DNA of 28,069 nt from an uncultured bacterium (lineage in GTDB: Bacteria > Lernaellota > Lernaellaia > Lernaellales > Lernaellaceae). Where the stretch lies: positions 1 to 28,069 of the forward strand of contig CAZHPN010000067.1 of the NCBI GenBank assembly GCA_964534375.1. Reading direction: 5' to 3'. Both the position numbers and the translations under genes were made by a program. Numbering within the stretch: position 1 is the first letter of the stretch; each line of letters opens with the position of its first letter. Below the pieces are notes generated by a model, which had not been told where the DNA came from, ran no database searches, and was given only the letters and a program-made list of their open reading frames with translations. Shown here piece after piece: positions 10,001 through 17,306 of this stretch.

Positions 10001-12275
10001 GCGTCCGCAGGGCGTCGGCCAGCATCAATCCTGCTGCATAGGCCTCCGCCGGATTTCCCTTCTCGTACTTTTCCCGATCGGCCCGCGCGGCCTTGTCCCG
10101 GGCGTCCGCCAATTCGCGATAAATTCGCGCCGCCTTCTCCGTCGCGCCCGAGCGGCTGTACAAATCGGCCAGATCGGCCATGGCGGAACCGACGACATCC
10201 GGCCGCGATGAATGCGCGATGAGTTCTCGCAAGATCGACGCCGCCGGATCCGTCATGCCTTTCGCAATGTAGATCCGGCTCATCGCGCGTTTGGCGTCGA
10301 CGAGGCGGTCGCGATCGCGGCGGAAGGTTGCGATCATGTCGACATAGAGCGCCTCGGCGGCCGGTAGATCGCCGTCGCCCGCATAGGTCGTCAGCAACAG
10401 CATGTCGGCCTCAAAACGCGACCGGGCGTCCTTGATGTCGCGAACCTTCGCCTGCAACAGCGCCAGCGCTTTTTGGGTTTGGCCCGTCTCGAACAAGAGC
10501 CGAACGTGCGCGAGAATCAATTGGCCGCGCTTCTCGTCGGTCGTCGCCCGCTGCGCCATTTCCGCGAACAGCGCCTCGGCTTCCGGGATCTTGCCTTGTT
10601 CCCGATACAGTTCGGCCAGAGTTGCTCCCGCGTCGACCGACTGCGGCGCCTTGTCGTATTTATCGTAGACGGCGCGGTATTCGCGTTCCGCCGCCGCCCA
10701 ATCGCCTCGACGCCGAAATGCCTCGGCGACCGCCGTGGCGGCCATCGCCTGCGTCGAGACGGCATTGGACGACGAATCGTAGGCGTCCAGACGGGCCAAC
10801 GTTTCGACCGCCTCGTCGAGCCGGTCGAACTGGCAAAGCAAGCGAATCGCTTCCAGCAGCGCCCGGTTGCCGGTGGGAAGATCGAAGCGAAATTTCTCGA
10901 AGACGGTCCGATATTTGGCCAGCGCTTCCTCGTCGCGCCCGTCTTTCTTCAGCAGTTCGGCGAGACCGAACTCCGCTTTCGCCTCCGTCTCGGGGTTGCC
11001 GGCGTCGGCCTCGCGCAGTCGTTGGTACGCCGCGCGCGCCTTTTCCGAGTCGCCCCATTGCTCGTAAATGCCCGCGATCATTTCCAACGCTTGGGCGGAT
11101 TCGCGATCGCCGTCAAAGGCGGCGGCAATTTCCTGCAGCATCGCCAGCGCCGTCTGCCGCTGGCCCCGCTGTGCGTAGTGGGACGCGATCGACAGCTTGG
11201 CTTCGCCGATCCGATCGCGATCACCGGCGTATTTTTCGATGATGACGCGCTCCAACGCGACGGCGCGTTCCAGTTCGCCCCGTTCGTAGAGCTTCTGCGC
11301 CCGCCCGTGCAGGACTTCGTATGACCAGTGATACGGATCGGCAAAAAACCGATAGGCGGAGACAAACACGGCGACCAGAATCGCCGCGACGGCGATTTTC
11401 ACCGCCAGGCTGCGCCAAAGCAACCGCAGAAAACGGCGGAACAAAAACAGATCGATCAGCGCGCCGCGTTCCTGCATGGCGCGGAGATCTTTTTCCAGAA
11501 TTCCGTACACGCCTTTAAACAACGCCTTGTCAAGATTGGCGCCGTCAAAGGCGACGGCCTGGTGTTGCGACCGGTTGAACAGGGCTTCCGCGAGATCGGC
11601 GCCGGCGAAGTTCACGTTTTTCAGAATCGCGCCGAAAAACCTCGCGGCCGGCAGACTCGCTCGCGAAAAATCTGCGGCCTTGATTTCGGCAAACGAAAAA
11701 TCCGCGGCGGGCGCCGACATTTCCGCGGCCCTGACGCGTTCGAAGCGGCACTCGCGAAACGCCGACTCGCGGAGTTCGGCGCCGCTCAGATCGACGTCGA
11801 CGGCGATCGTTTCGCCCGCATCGGTCCCCGTCAGGTTCGCGCGAATCAACTTGGTCCGTTCCAGCCGCGCCGCGCGCAGCACGGCGTACGAGATATCGGC
11901 GCCGCTCAAATCGGCGTCCCGGAAAACAGCCTTGTCGAAGATCGCCTCGCCCGCTTTGACGTCGACGAGCTTGGCGCCCGTGAAATCGGCCTGGTTAACT
12001 TTGGCGCGACGCAGATCGGCGCCCGACAAGTCCGCGCCCGTGAAATCCGCTTCGCGCAGATCGGCGCCGGCGAGGTCGGCGCCGGCAAGGTCGGCGTCGC
12101 GCAAGACGGCCTTGCGCAGGTTGATGCCCGCCGCGGCTATTTTCCGCAGCTTCGCCGCCCTGAGATCGGCTTTGGACAGCTTCAAACCGGCGAGGCTTTG
12201 CCCTGCGAGTCGGCCCGTCTGCGCCTCGGCGATCACGTCCTTTGGTGTGAGACCGTCTCCCATGTTTTTCTCCAC
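4068..12275 (-). CDS. giant (2735 aa) membrane-anchored protein: N-terminal pentapeptide repeats, one TM helix, about 65 TPR-like repeats
   Basis: A(D/N)LxG/A pentapeptides at about aa 23-255, hydrophobic IAVAAILVAVFVSAY, then about 2400 aa of LA..Y...G....A...Y helical hairpins. Start is GTG 12275 (GAGGAAGG upstream) or ATG 12263 (GGAG upstream). Confidence 0.92.
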   Translation of the reverse strand: MEKNMGDGLTPKDVIAEAQTGRLAGQSLAGLKLSKADLRAAKLRKIAAAGINLRKAVLRDADLAGADLAGADLREADFTGADLSGADLRRAKVNQADFTGAKLVDVKAGEAIFDKAVFRDADLSGADISYAVLRAARLERTKLIRANLTGTDAGETIAVDVDLSGAELRESAFRECRFERVRAAEMSAPAADFSFAEIKAADFSRASLPAARFFGAILKNVNFAGADLAEALFNRSQHQAVAFDGANLDKALFKGVYGILEKDLRAMQERGALIDLFLFRRFLRLLWRSLAVKIAVAAILVAVFVSAYRFFADPYHWSYEVLHGRAQKLYERGELERAVALERVIIEKYAGDRDRIGEAKLSIASHYAQRGQRQTALAMLQEIAAAFDGDRESAQALEMIAGIYEQWGDSEKARAAYQRLREADAGNPETEAKAEFGLAELLKKDGRDEEALAKYRTVFEKFRFDLPTGNRALLEAIRLLCQFDRLDEAVETLARLDAYDSSSNAVSTQAMAATAVAEAFRRRGDWAAAEREYRAVYDKYDKAPQSVDAGATLAELYREQGKIPEAEALFAEMAQRATTDEKRGQLILAHVRLLFETGQTQKALALLQAKVRDIKDARSRFEADMLLLTTYAGDGDLPAAEALYVDMIATFRRDRDRLVDAKRAMSRIYIAKGMTDPAASILRELIAHSSRPDVVGSAMADLADLYSRSGATEKAARIYRELADARDKAARADREKYEKGNPAEAYAAGLMLADALRTQGKIDEAVALLVGMEKRWPSGSQRTEILKRRVAALEESGRGDEALVLLREAAPQFEDREDRSYAALASLDLLVAAGNTTAAEQVRRSIYEDPEQDAAARLHADRSMARGYANQGFAEKAEAIYRQILADHPETSVGADAKWELAELYRKTGDLPKAALYYGELRSDPFDPDRTYRAGLSLADTLAEQNSFAEARAVLEDLNRKWSADERRREELVLARSRLLRRAGSPDAAAALLRTELPSFRDVVSAGEALSLLLDIYSAAGDVDQAEQVVQLAGTPFKGFPEQLAKARLSLGRLFAGHDLLDRAAKTFGEIIARYPHTDAALEARDGLGDLHRRRGDLASAEKTYRQLAECQPDAAKAFQAAAKVLEILLEQEKYTEADKLLEEMRRKWTGRPDQKAALVMLRVDLLRRQNRIVDAIAILRQALPSFDEPEKRAEASVALMDLCALRGDINGAEVAFREAIETSVTDPRRVWQMKQSLAEACLGHDQAEKGVALYREIVEKCPDEKAVSEARWRLAGIWRTRGETAEAVEQLHGLLAAGDPAGHAVEAGVSLAEILAGERQFDQADAVLAELENRAALRPADRAEIVFRRAELLKQQQQYDSAIAVIVRELPNIADPQHRMEAMFKLLDLHLAGGDVAAADQTRRGIRAEFPKDIDALLRANAMVADFYAAQGQADKADSLSREIIAEFPRSTAATKARVKLAERLRKSGDLVQAEKLLREALAVADDADEAVRAGTMLADILEEQNSYGEAQKVFALLRQKWSADPARRAEIALRQAELLRRAGDPAAETALLRAELPAIRDTGKFVELSMRLIGLYVVAGEIKSAEAVFLNVAQALHGDAASLASAQVDLAKIYAENNLEDRAMAIYAEVIAQRPRTDAAARARSELAASYRRRGDAAKAERAYRELFESARDETQAMQATTAVVEILAEQKKYAEADRQLAAMLKKWGDRPAPRAAILMYRGDLHRQQNRYDEAIADLRQALPLLDDPGKRAEASVALIEVYGSRGDIKGAENAFDEAVRASADDPGRVRQIKLSLAETCVRHEQFEKGAALLRDIIAKHPDARVVADARWSLAGALRERGDDAGAKAQFQQLLAEPDPAGHALDAGFALADILIGEQAFEQAASVYADLAKRPALRPTERTDLVFRRAALLRQRRQFDAAIALVVAEIPKIVVPEKRLEATFKLLELQLAAGNFGAADQTRRGMRSEFARDVDAQIRADTMMADLYVAQGQMEKANAAFREIVARYPNAGAAAQARLDLADRLRSGGDLAQAAALLREALAQANDPEIGLRAGLTLADVLEDQQSFGEAQKVYEFLRGKWSNDASRRSEIVLREANALERAGQPAAQMALLRAELPALRTSEKFVETSLRLSELYVAAGDVKSAEAVFQNAAQSLRGDPAALAQAQVDLAKIYADKGLDDRAAALYAAVVAKFPRTDAAARAKRELASWQRRKGELGKAEQAYRELADGERDAKRAYDLAATVVDILVEQKKFREADGQLTAMLRRFGAQPDLRAATLLKRASVDRQQGRNSEALAAVRQALPLLPDAQRQADAAVSLMELCVDAGDVKGAEAAFKQATEGLASDPDRFWSLKLSLANLYVGHGQFEKGAVVFREILATHAAKFAGDAALGLAAALRDHGDRAAAQKLLRETLSDNRLASHAVAAGDQLADMLIADKQFAEADAIYAGLLSRVPRGSADHVDVVFRRAQLLATEKKFPAAIALLNPEFPQLTTPAQRVQGYVLLLQFELAQDDLAAMDATYRAAVKNVGGDPKSIVGLQVWLGQRYVGQGLPDKAQPLFIDAAARDPHGDGGQCARLELGNTYRDRGDFAKAAATFSALLDEPPSNWTLNGGLSYAAMLAEQNRGDEVEKIVARLRAQWPNKGGERDVIDLRHADFLQRLKQPARAAALLETALKDFDDRGRLYEGYCILIAAHKAAGDSGKAAAAFAAVQKVFRDEPDKIAHAKDVLTAN
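4251..10454 (-). repeat. intragenic tandem 561-bp (187-aa) modules grouped into 1683-bp (561-aa) supermodules
   Basis: The equivalent codon of the L-L-R-x-E/A-L-P motif lies at 10452, 9855, 9294, 8733, 8172, 7611, 7050, 6489, 5928, 5367, 4809 and 4251. Spacings are 597, eight times 561, 558 and 558. Confidence 0.9.
11510..12209 (-). repeat. pentapeptide repeat domain (about 45 units)
   Basis: e.g. ADLAGADLAGADLREADFTGADLSGADLRRAKVNQADFTG. Confidence 0.9.
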
Positions 12276-12337
12276 TACGCCTTCCTCAGGGAACTCGCCC
12301 GCGGCGACGATGCCGGCGCGGAATCCGGCGGCGCTTG

Positions 12338-12366
12338 ATTATTGAATACGCGGGGTTCCGCGTCAA
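12338..12366 (-). promoter_or_regulatory. putative sigma70-type promoter of the giant gene
   Basis: TTGACG-N17-AATAAT on the minus strand, in the 134-bp intergenic gap, about 60 bp upstream of the start. Confidence 0.5.
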
Positions 12367-12409
12367 CGCACGTCCGAAAAAGTCGACCCGGCCGCGCTTT
12401 CCGCTCGCG

Positions 12410-14431
12410 TCACTTCAGAAGGTCCAGCGCATACTCGCGCCGGCGCGGATCGATCGTTCGCAACGTTACGCCGCGGCGGGCCAGTCGGTCGCGCAGCGGC
12501 GGCAGAACATCCGCTTCGCCGTAATAACGAAAGCGATGGCGTTCCGTGATCAACCACTGGGCATAGCCTTCCGCCAGGCCGGCGACAAGATCGCGTCGTC
12601 CGCTTTCGAGGAACTCAGCCGACAGTTCGTCGCCCGGCGGCGCCGTCCATGACGCCACGATGCCGTCGGCCTCGCGCGGCGTCGGCAACACGATCTGGTC
12701 ACCGTAGAAAATTCCCGCGCCCCGCAGCATCGCCCGCCGGAACGCCGCGTCGTCAAGCTGGCGAAAAACGGCGCGAAGATGCCGGACCAGGGCGTCGTGC
12801 GCGCAGATCGCATCCCGCGCTCGCTGCGTCTCCGTTCGTTTCTCGTTTTCGAGATACTGCATGACCGCGCCGGAGGCCGCTTCCCCGGCGGCTTCGGCGT
12901 CCACTTGCGCCAGCCTTTCTCGCCAGGCGGCCGGCAGCGCCTCGCGCGGCCCGGCGCCGGGCGCCTCGTCCGGCTCGGGGCAGGCCCGCGGCTCGATTTC
13001 CGGCTCGAGCTTGCGCCCGAGTCCGAAGGCGATAAACGGCCGCTCCTGCGGCCGCGCGGGCGGCTGTTGCAAAAGCAAAGTCAGAACCTTTTCGGGTTCG
13101 AGCCAGCGGCCGACCGAGACCCAGCCGTCGTCCCGCCACCGTCGCGGCAGGCGGGCGATCGAGCGCGCGGCAGCGTCGATGTCGCCGTCCCAACCGAGAT
13201 GCAAGCGGTTGACGATGACCTGATAATCCTCGCCGCGAAATCCCACGAGCGTCCGCCAATTCTGGGAAAACGCGACGAGGTCGCCGGGGAAGATCGCCGC
13301 GAAATTGACGAAGCCGGCGATCAGAAACGGCGCCGCGACCGCCCATTTCAGAAAACTCGGCGCGCGCCCGAGCAGAAAACAGGCGAAGGCCGTCAAGATC
13401 GGGAAAATCGGCAGGAAATACCGCGAATAGAAACCGCCGTGCGCCGTCGCGAAGGCCGCGATCCAAAACACCAAAAACAGAGCCAGCAAGCGGCTGAGCC
13501 GGTCCGCCGCCGTCGTCGGACAGTGAAAAAATCCCGTCGCGACCACATCGAAATTTGCCAGGATCAATCCGCCGATCGCCGCAACGAAAAAAATCAGCGA
13601 TAAATGAGGCAGCCACGCAATGTCATAGCCGGCCAGCCGCGGCAATTCGCCGCCGAGATCGATCAACCGCCGCCAGAACTCCGGCGACGCGCCGCCCCCG
13701 ACGGGCGGCCGCGGGCCCGCGCGCAGCAGGACGTACGGAGAAAAAGCGAGCGCAAAACACGCCGCGCCCGGCCAAATCGCGCGCGCCAGGCCGCGCCAGC
13801 GCCATTTCCACACGGTCATCACGCCGGCCGCCGCGCAGACCGGCAGATTTTGCAGGCAGAAAAACGAGGCGAAGCCCGCGAGCAGGCCGAAGCCCGCCAC
13901 GGCTTTCCGGCTGGGCAGGTCGTTGCTCTGGCGCTGAAACAGATATAGCAGCAGGCCGCCGTAGAAAATGCTGTCCAGATGGTTGGCCTTGAAGACGGAT
14001 GCGTTTTCGCCAAATAACGGCGGCGGCAAGAGGCAGAACAAGAAGAACAACACCGCGGGCGCAAATCCCCACGCCTGGCGCAACAGCAGCGTCCAAAGGC
14101 CGACGCCGGCGCTGAGAAAAAGAAAGCCTAGCAATTTGATCCATAACGCGTGGGAACCCGCCGCCCAGTAAATCGGCGACAGGAGCAGTCCGTACACCAC
14201 GGGGCCGTAGCTCTCGCCGTAGGTGTAAAGGCGCGGCGACGTCGCGAACCCGTCGACGATTCCCGCCGCCAGCAAGCCGTCGCCGACTTCCTCATAGTCC
14301 TGCGAAACGCAAAACGACAACCGGTAGGCAAACGCGACGACCCACAGCGCGGCCAGCACGATCCACAGGATCGTCTCCCACCGCCGGTTGTCTTCCCAAG
14401 TTTGCGTCGCGGCTGCCATGCCGGCGATCAT
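12410..14431 (-). CDS. polytopic membrane protein, probable GT-C fold glycosyltransferase (ArnT/PMT-like) with a C-terminal soluble domain
   Basis: About 10-11 hydrophobic segments in the first 390 aa, acidic QDYEE after TM1, YGPVVY, GLLAGFASFF and RYFLPIFP. Family assignment is by pattern only. Alternative start ATG 14419. Confidence 0.7.
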   Translation of the reverse strand: MIAGMAAATQTWEDNRRWETILWIVLAALWVVAFAYRLSFCVSQDYEEVGDGLLAAGIVDGFATSPRLYTYGESYGPVVYGLLLSPIYWAAGSHALWIKLLGFLFLSAGVGLWTLLLRQAWGFAPAVLFFLFCLLPPPLFGENASVFKANHLDSIFYGGLLLYLFQRQSNDLPSRKAVAGFGLLAGFASFFCLQNLPVCAAAGVMTVWKWRWRGLARAIWPGAACFALAFSPYVLLRAGPRPPVGGGASPEFWRRLIDLGGELPRLAGYDIAWLPHLSLIFFVAAIGGLILANFDVVATGFFHCPTTAADRLSRLLALFLVFWIAAFATAHGGFYSRYFLPIFPILTAFACFLLGRAPSFLKWAVAAPFLIAGFVNFAAIFPGDLVAFSQNWRTLVGFRGEDYQVIVNRLHLGWDGDIDAAARSIARLPRRWRDDGWVSVGRWLEPEKVLTLLLQQPPARPQERPFIAFGLGRKLEPEIEPRACPEPDEAPGAGPREALPAAWRERLAQVDAEAAGEAASGAVMQYLENEKRTETQRARDAICAHDALVRHLRAVFRQLDDAAFRRAMLRGAGIFYGDQIVLPTPREADGIVASWTAPPGDELSAEFLESGRRDLVAGLAEGYAQWLITERHRFRYYGEADVLPPLRDRLARRGVTLRTIDPRRREYALDLLK

Positions 14432-14532
14432 AGAAAAATGCCCGCGAAAAGGAAAGGAATGTCCCCCGCGTCACGCACGATAAGCGGCGCGCCGGAGCGT
14501 CGGCGTTCGGCCGGTTGAATTTGGCGCCGGTG

Positions 14533-15789
14533 TTACGCCAGTTTGTATTCCATCACGGCCAGCGCCAGTTTTTCGGCGTAGTCGATCGAGAACATCAGCT
14601 TTTCGTAGTCGAGGTTCGCCGGCGTGTCCGTGCGCTGGTGATAATGCAGCGGACTGCCGATCACCGGGTCGATCGCGGCCAGGCAGACGCCTTCCCAGCC
14701 GTGGGCCATGAACGCCGAAACGTCGGACCCGCCCACCGGCACGTCGAAGCCGGTGACCTCGGCGAAGCGCGGCTCGGAGGCGGTGACTTCCTCGCAAACG
14801 CCCCGCAGCCAGTGCGGCATCGGCGTGCGGATGACCTCGCCCTCGCCGGCCAGATATCGCAGTTCGCCGTTGGTCAGGCCGTCCATCCCGAGGATGACCG
14901 TTTTCGATTTGTCCCATACGCCTTCACGCGCGCGAGCCAGCGCATCGGCGCCGCCCAGACTGGCTTCTTCGCAACCCGTGACGACGAACACCAACTCGAC
15001 GTTGTCGGGTTTTCGCGGCGCGAGCCGTTGAATCATGATCGGCAGTGAGGCCACGCCGCTGAGGTCGTCGTTGGCGCCGGGCACGATTTCATTGCGCAGC
15101 ACCATCTCCAAATTCATGACGAAGGCCAGGAAACCGGGCAGCGTCAGCAGGAATTCGAGCGGCCGCAACGGCAGCGCCAGCGGCCCGATCGCGCAGCGAA
15201 TCAGATCGATGCCGGCGAGCGCAAACTGCGTCCGCGTGGCCAGCGCCAGCCCGCGTTTAATAAAGCCGAGCCCCGGGGGCGCCTCGCCCGAAAAATTCTT
15301 GACGACTTTCGGGTTGAAGAGCAAGCCGGTGAACGCGGCGTCGGCGTGCGCCAGAAACACCAAGCGCAGATCGGGCTCGCCCTTCGCCGGAATCGTCGCC
15401 ACCAGATTCTGCGACGCTTTGAACGGCAACAGGCGGCGCAGGAAATAGCCGCGGCGCGTCGATTCGGCCAGATACGACGAACCGGCCGTCAGATGCAGCG
15501 CCAGCCCGGCCAGCGGCGCGACGCCGGACACGATCGAGCCGAGCGTGCCCAGGCCGAAATGGAGCGCGAGGTTCGCGTATAAGTTGTCATTGAACCAGAA
15601 GGCCTCCTCGTGCGCAGTCAGGCCGAGTTTCGCGAATTCCTCTTTCATGAGCAATTGCGCGCGATGCTCGTCGTCGCTCGTCGGCCGGCGCACCGGGCAC
15701 GTATCGACGATCCGTTCGATCAATTCCTGGACATATTGGCGTTCGGCGCGAATTCGCCGTTGCGGGCGCGTTTTGGCGGCTGCTTCCAT
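14533..15789 (-). CDS. M28 family zinc metallopeptidase
   Basis: Metal and catalytic motifs AHAD, GANDDLSG, GCEE, MDG, GSDVSAF and YHQRTDT. AAGGAG RBS. Confidence 0.88.
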   Translation of the reverse strand: MEAAAKTRPQRRIRAERQYVQELIERIVDTCPVRRPTSDDEHRAQLLMKEEFAKLGLTAHEEAFWFNDNLYANLALHFGLGTLGSIVSGVAPLAGLALHLTAGSSYLAESTRRGYFLRRLLPFKASQNLVATIPAKGEPDLRLVFLAHADAAFTGLLFNPKVVKNFSGEAPPGLGFIKRGLALATRTQFALAGIDLIRCAIGPLALPLRPLEFLLTLPGFLAFVMNLEMVLRNEIVPGANDDLSGVASLPIMIQRLAPRKPDNVELVFVVTGCEEASLGGADALARAREGVWDKSKTVILGMDGLTNGELRYLAGEGEVIRTPMPHWLRGVCEEVTASEPRFAEVTGFDVPVGGSDVSAFMAHGWEGVCLAAIDPVIGSPLHYHQRTDTPANLDYEKLMFSIDYAEKLALAVMEYKLA

Positions 15790-15867
15790 TTCGAACTCCT
15801 TCGGTTAACGGTCCCGGGAATTTCGCCCGAACGCGCCGGTTCTGTCAAGGAAAATCGCCGCGCCGCG

Positions 15868-16542
15868 TCAAATGACCCGCCCCCTCGCCGCCGCCGGTCG
15901 CGGCCGTTCGCCGCGCGCCCGCAACGCCCCGTAAACCCCGAACAGGAAGCCGCCGATATGGGCATACCAGGCCACGCCCGGCGTGTTGGGGTTGGCATAG
16001 AGCGACGACAGCACCTGCGTCCCGAACCACACCCCCAGATACAACCAAGCCGGCAGCACAACCGTCTGAATGATAATGACGAAAAAGAACAGGGCCTTCA
16101 CCTTGGCCTTCGGGAAAAAAATAAGATACGCGCCCAGCACCGCGGAAATCGCGCCCGAGGCCCCGACCAGCGGCGTCAGCGAATGCGGCGAGGCGACGAC
16201 CTGGGACAATCCGGATACGGCGGCGCCTGCCAGATAAAAGAATAGATAGCGCAAGTGCCCCAGACGATCTTCGACGTTGTCGCCGAAGATCCACAAAAAG
16301 AGCATGTTGAAGCCGATGTGCGCCAGACCGCCGTGCAAGAACGCGCTGGTGAACAGCGTCGCGACCGGCCAAAGGCCGCGGCCGGCCAGCACCGCCGCGA
16401 CCTGCCGCGGCACGGCGGCAAAGGCGAGACCGCCGTGCGGATCCGTGTTTTGCCACAAGAAGGCAGCGATGTTCGTCGCGATCAGCGCGAGGGTCACGAC
16501 GGGAAACGTGCTGGTCGGTTCGAGGTCTTTGTAGGGTATCAT
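15868..16542 (-). CDS. rhomboid family intramembrane serine protease
   Basis: FTSAFLHGG, HIGFNMLFLWIFGDNVED, catalytic GASG and AHIGG. Confidence 0.95.
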   Translation of the reverse strand: MIPYKDLEPTSTFPVVTLALIATNIAAFLWQNTDPHGGLAFAAVPRQVAAVLAGRGLWPVATLFTSAFLHGGLAHIGFNMLFLWIFGDNVEDRLGHLRYLFFYLAGAAVSGLSQVVASPHSLTPLVGASGAISAVLGAYLIFFPKAKVKALFFFVIIIQTVVLPAWLYLGVWFGTQVLSSLYANPNTPGVAWYAHIGGFLFGVYGALRARGERPRPAAARGRVI

Positions 16543-16588
16543 CGCTCGGTCCGCCCCGGGGAACGAACGGCCGCTCCGCGCGCCGGCA

Positions 16589-17158
16589 TCAAAAAACCCC
16601 GCGATCGTGCAGCAATTTCAACCCAATCGCGATCAACGTCGCCCCGCCGCCGATCTCGGCCCAACCGCCGAGCCGCCATTTGGCGCCGAGCAGGCCGCCG
16701 GTCCGCATGCCGACGAGCGCAAGGCCGGCGGCGACGACGCCGATCGCGGCGGAAGGCCCCCAGGCTTTCACGTGCATCATCGAAAAGCTGATGCCGACGG
16801 CGAGCGCGTCGAGGCTGGTCGCGACGCTGAGCATCACCAGCGCCGCGCCCTTCGTCGGATCGGCGCGGACCATTCCCGGCCGGCCGGCCTTGCGCGCTTC
16901 GACGATCATCCGGCCGCCGACCAGGACCAGCAAGCCGAACGCCAGCCAGTGCGCGTAACTGGCGATCAGCGACTCGCACGCCCGCCCGGCGGTCCAGCCG
17001 AGCAGGGTCATCAACGACTGAAATAGGCCGAAGTGCCACGCCAGTCGCAGCGCGCGGCGCCACTCGCGGTTCGGTGCAGCGGCGGCGCCGGCGAACGCCA
17101 CGGTGAAAGCGTCGAGGGCCAACGCGAACGCGATCGCCAAAACGGTCCAGTTGTTCAT
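16589..17158 (-). CDS. mntP: manganese efflux pump MntP family protein
   Basis: Duplicated ALALDAF and ATSLDALAVG motifs, FGLFQSLM, GGATLIAIG, 189 aa with about 6 TM segments. Confidence 0.9.
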   Translation of the reverse strand: MNNWTVLAIAFALALDAFTVAFAGAAAAPNREWRRALRLAWHFGLFQSLMTLLGWTAGRACESLIASYAHWLAFGLLVLVGGRMIVEARKAGRPGMVRADPTKGAALVMLSVATSLDALAVGISFSMMHVKAWGPSAAIGVVAAGLALVGMRTGGLLGAKWRLGGWAEIGGGATLIAIGLKLLHDRGVF

Positions 17159-17306
17159 CGGCGCCTTTTCCGGTCGTTGCGACGGTCACTTCTTTTTCCA
17201 CATCCAGGTAAAAAGATAAACCCTGTGCGCGGGGATACTCCCGAAATCGAGCGCGGGCCGTTATACTCCGCCCATCATGCAATCGCCGAAACCAAAAGGA
17301 TCGACC

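Noticed and set aside
11510..12209. Qnr/MfpA quinolone-resistance gene call
   Set aside because: The pentapeptide domain is fused to a TM helix and a giant TPR array. The repeat fold alone does not imply gyrase protection.
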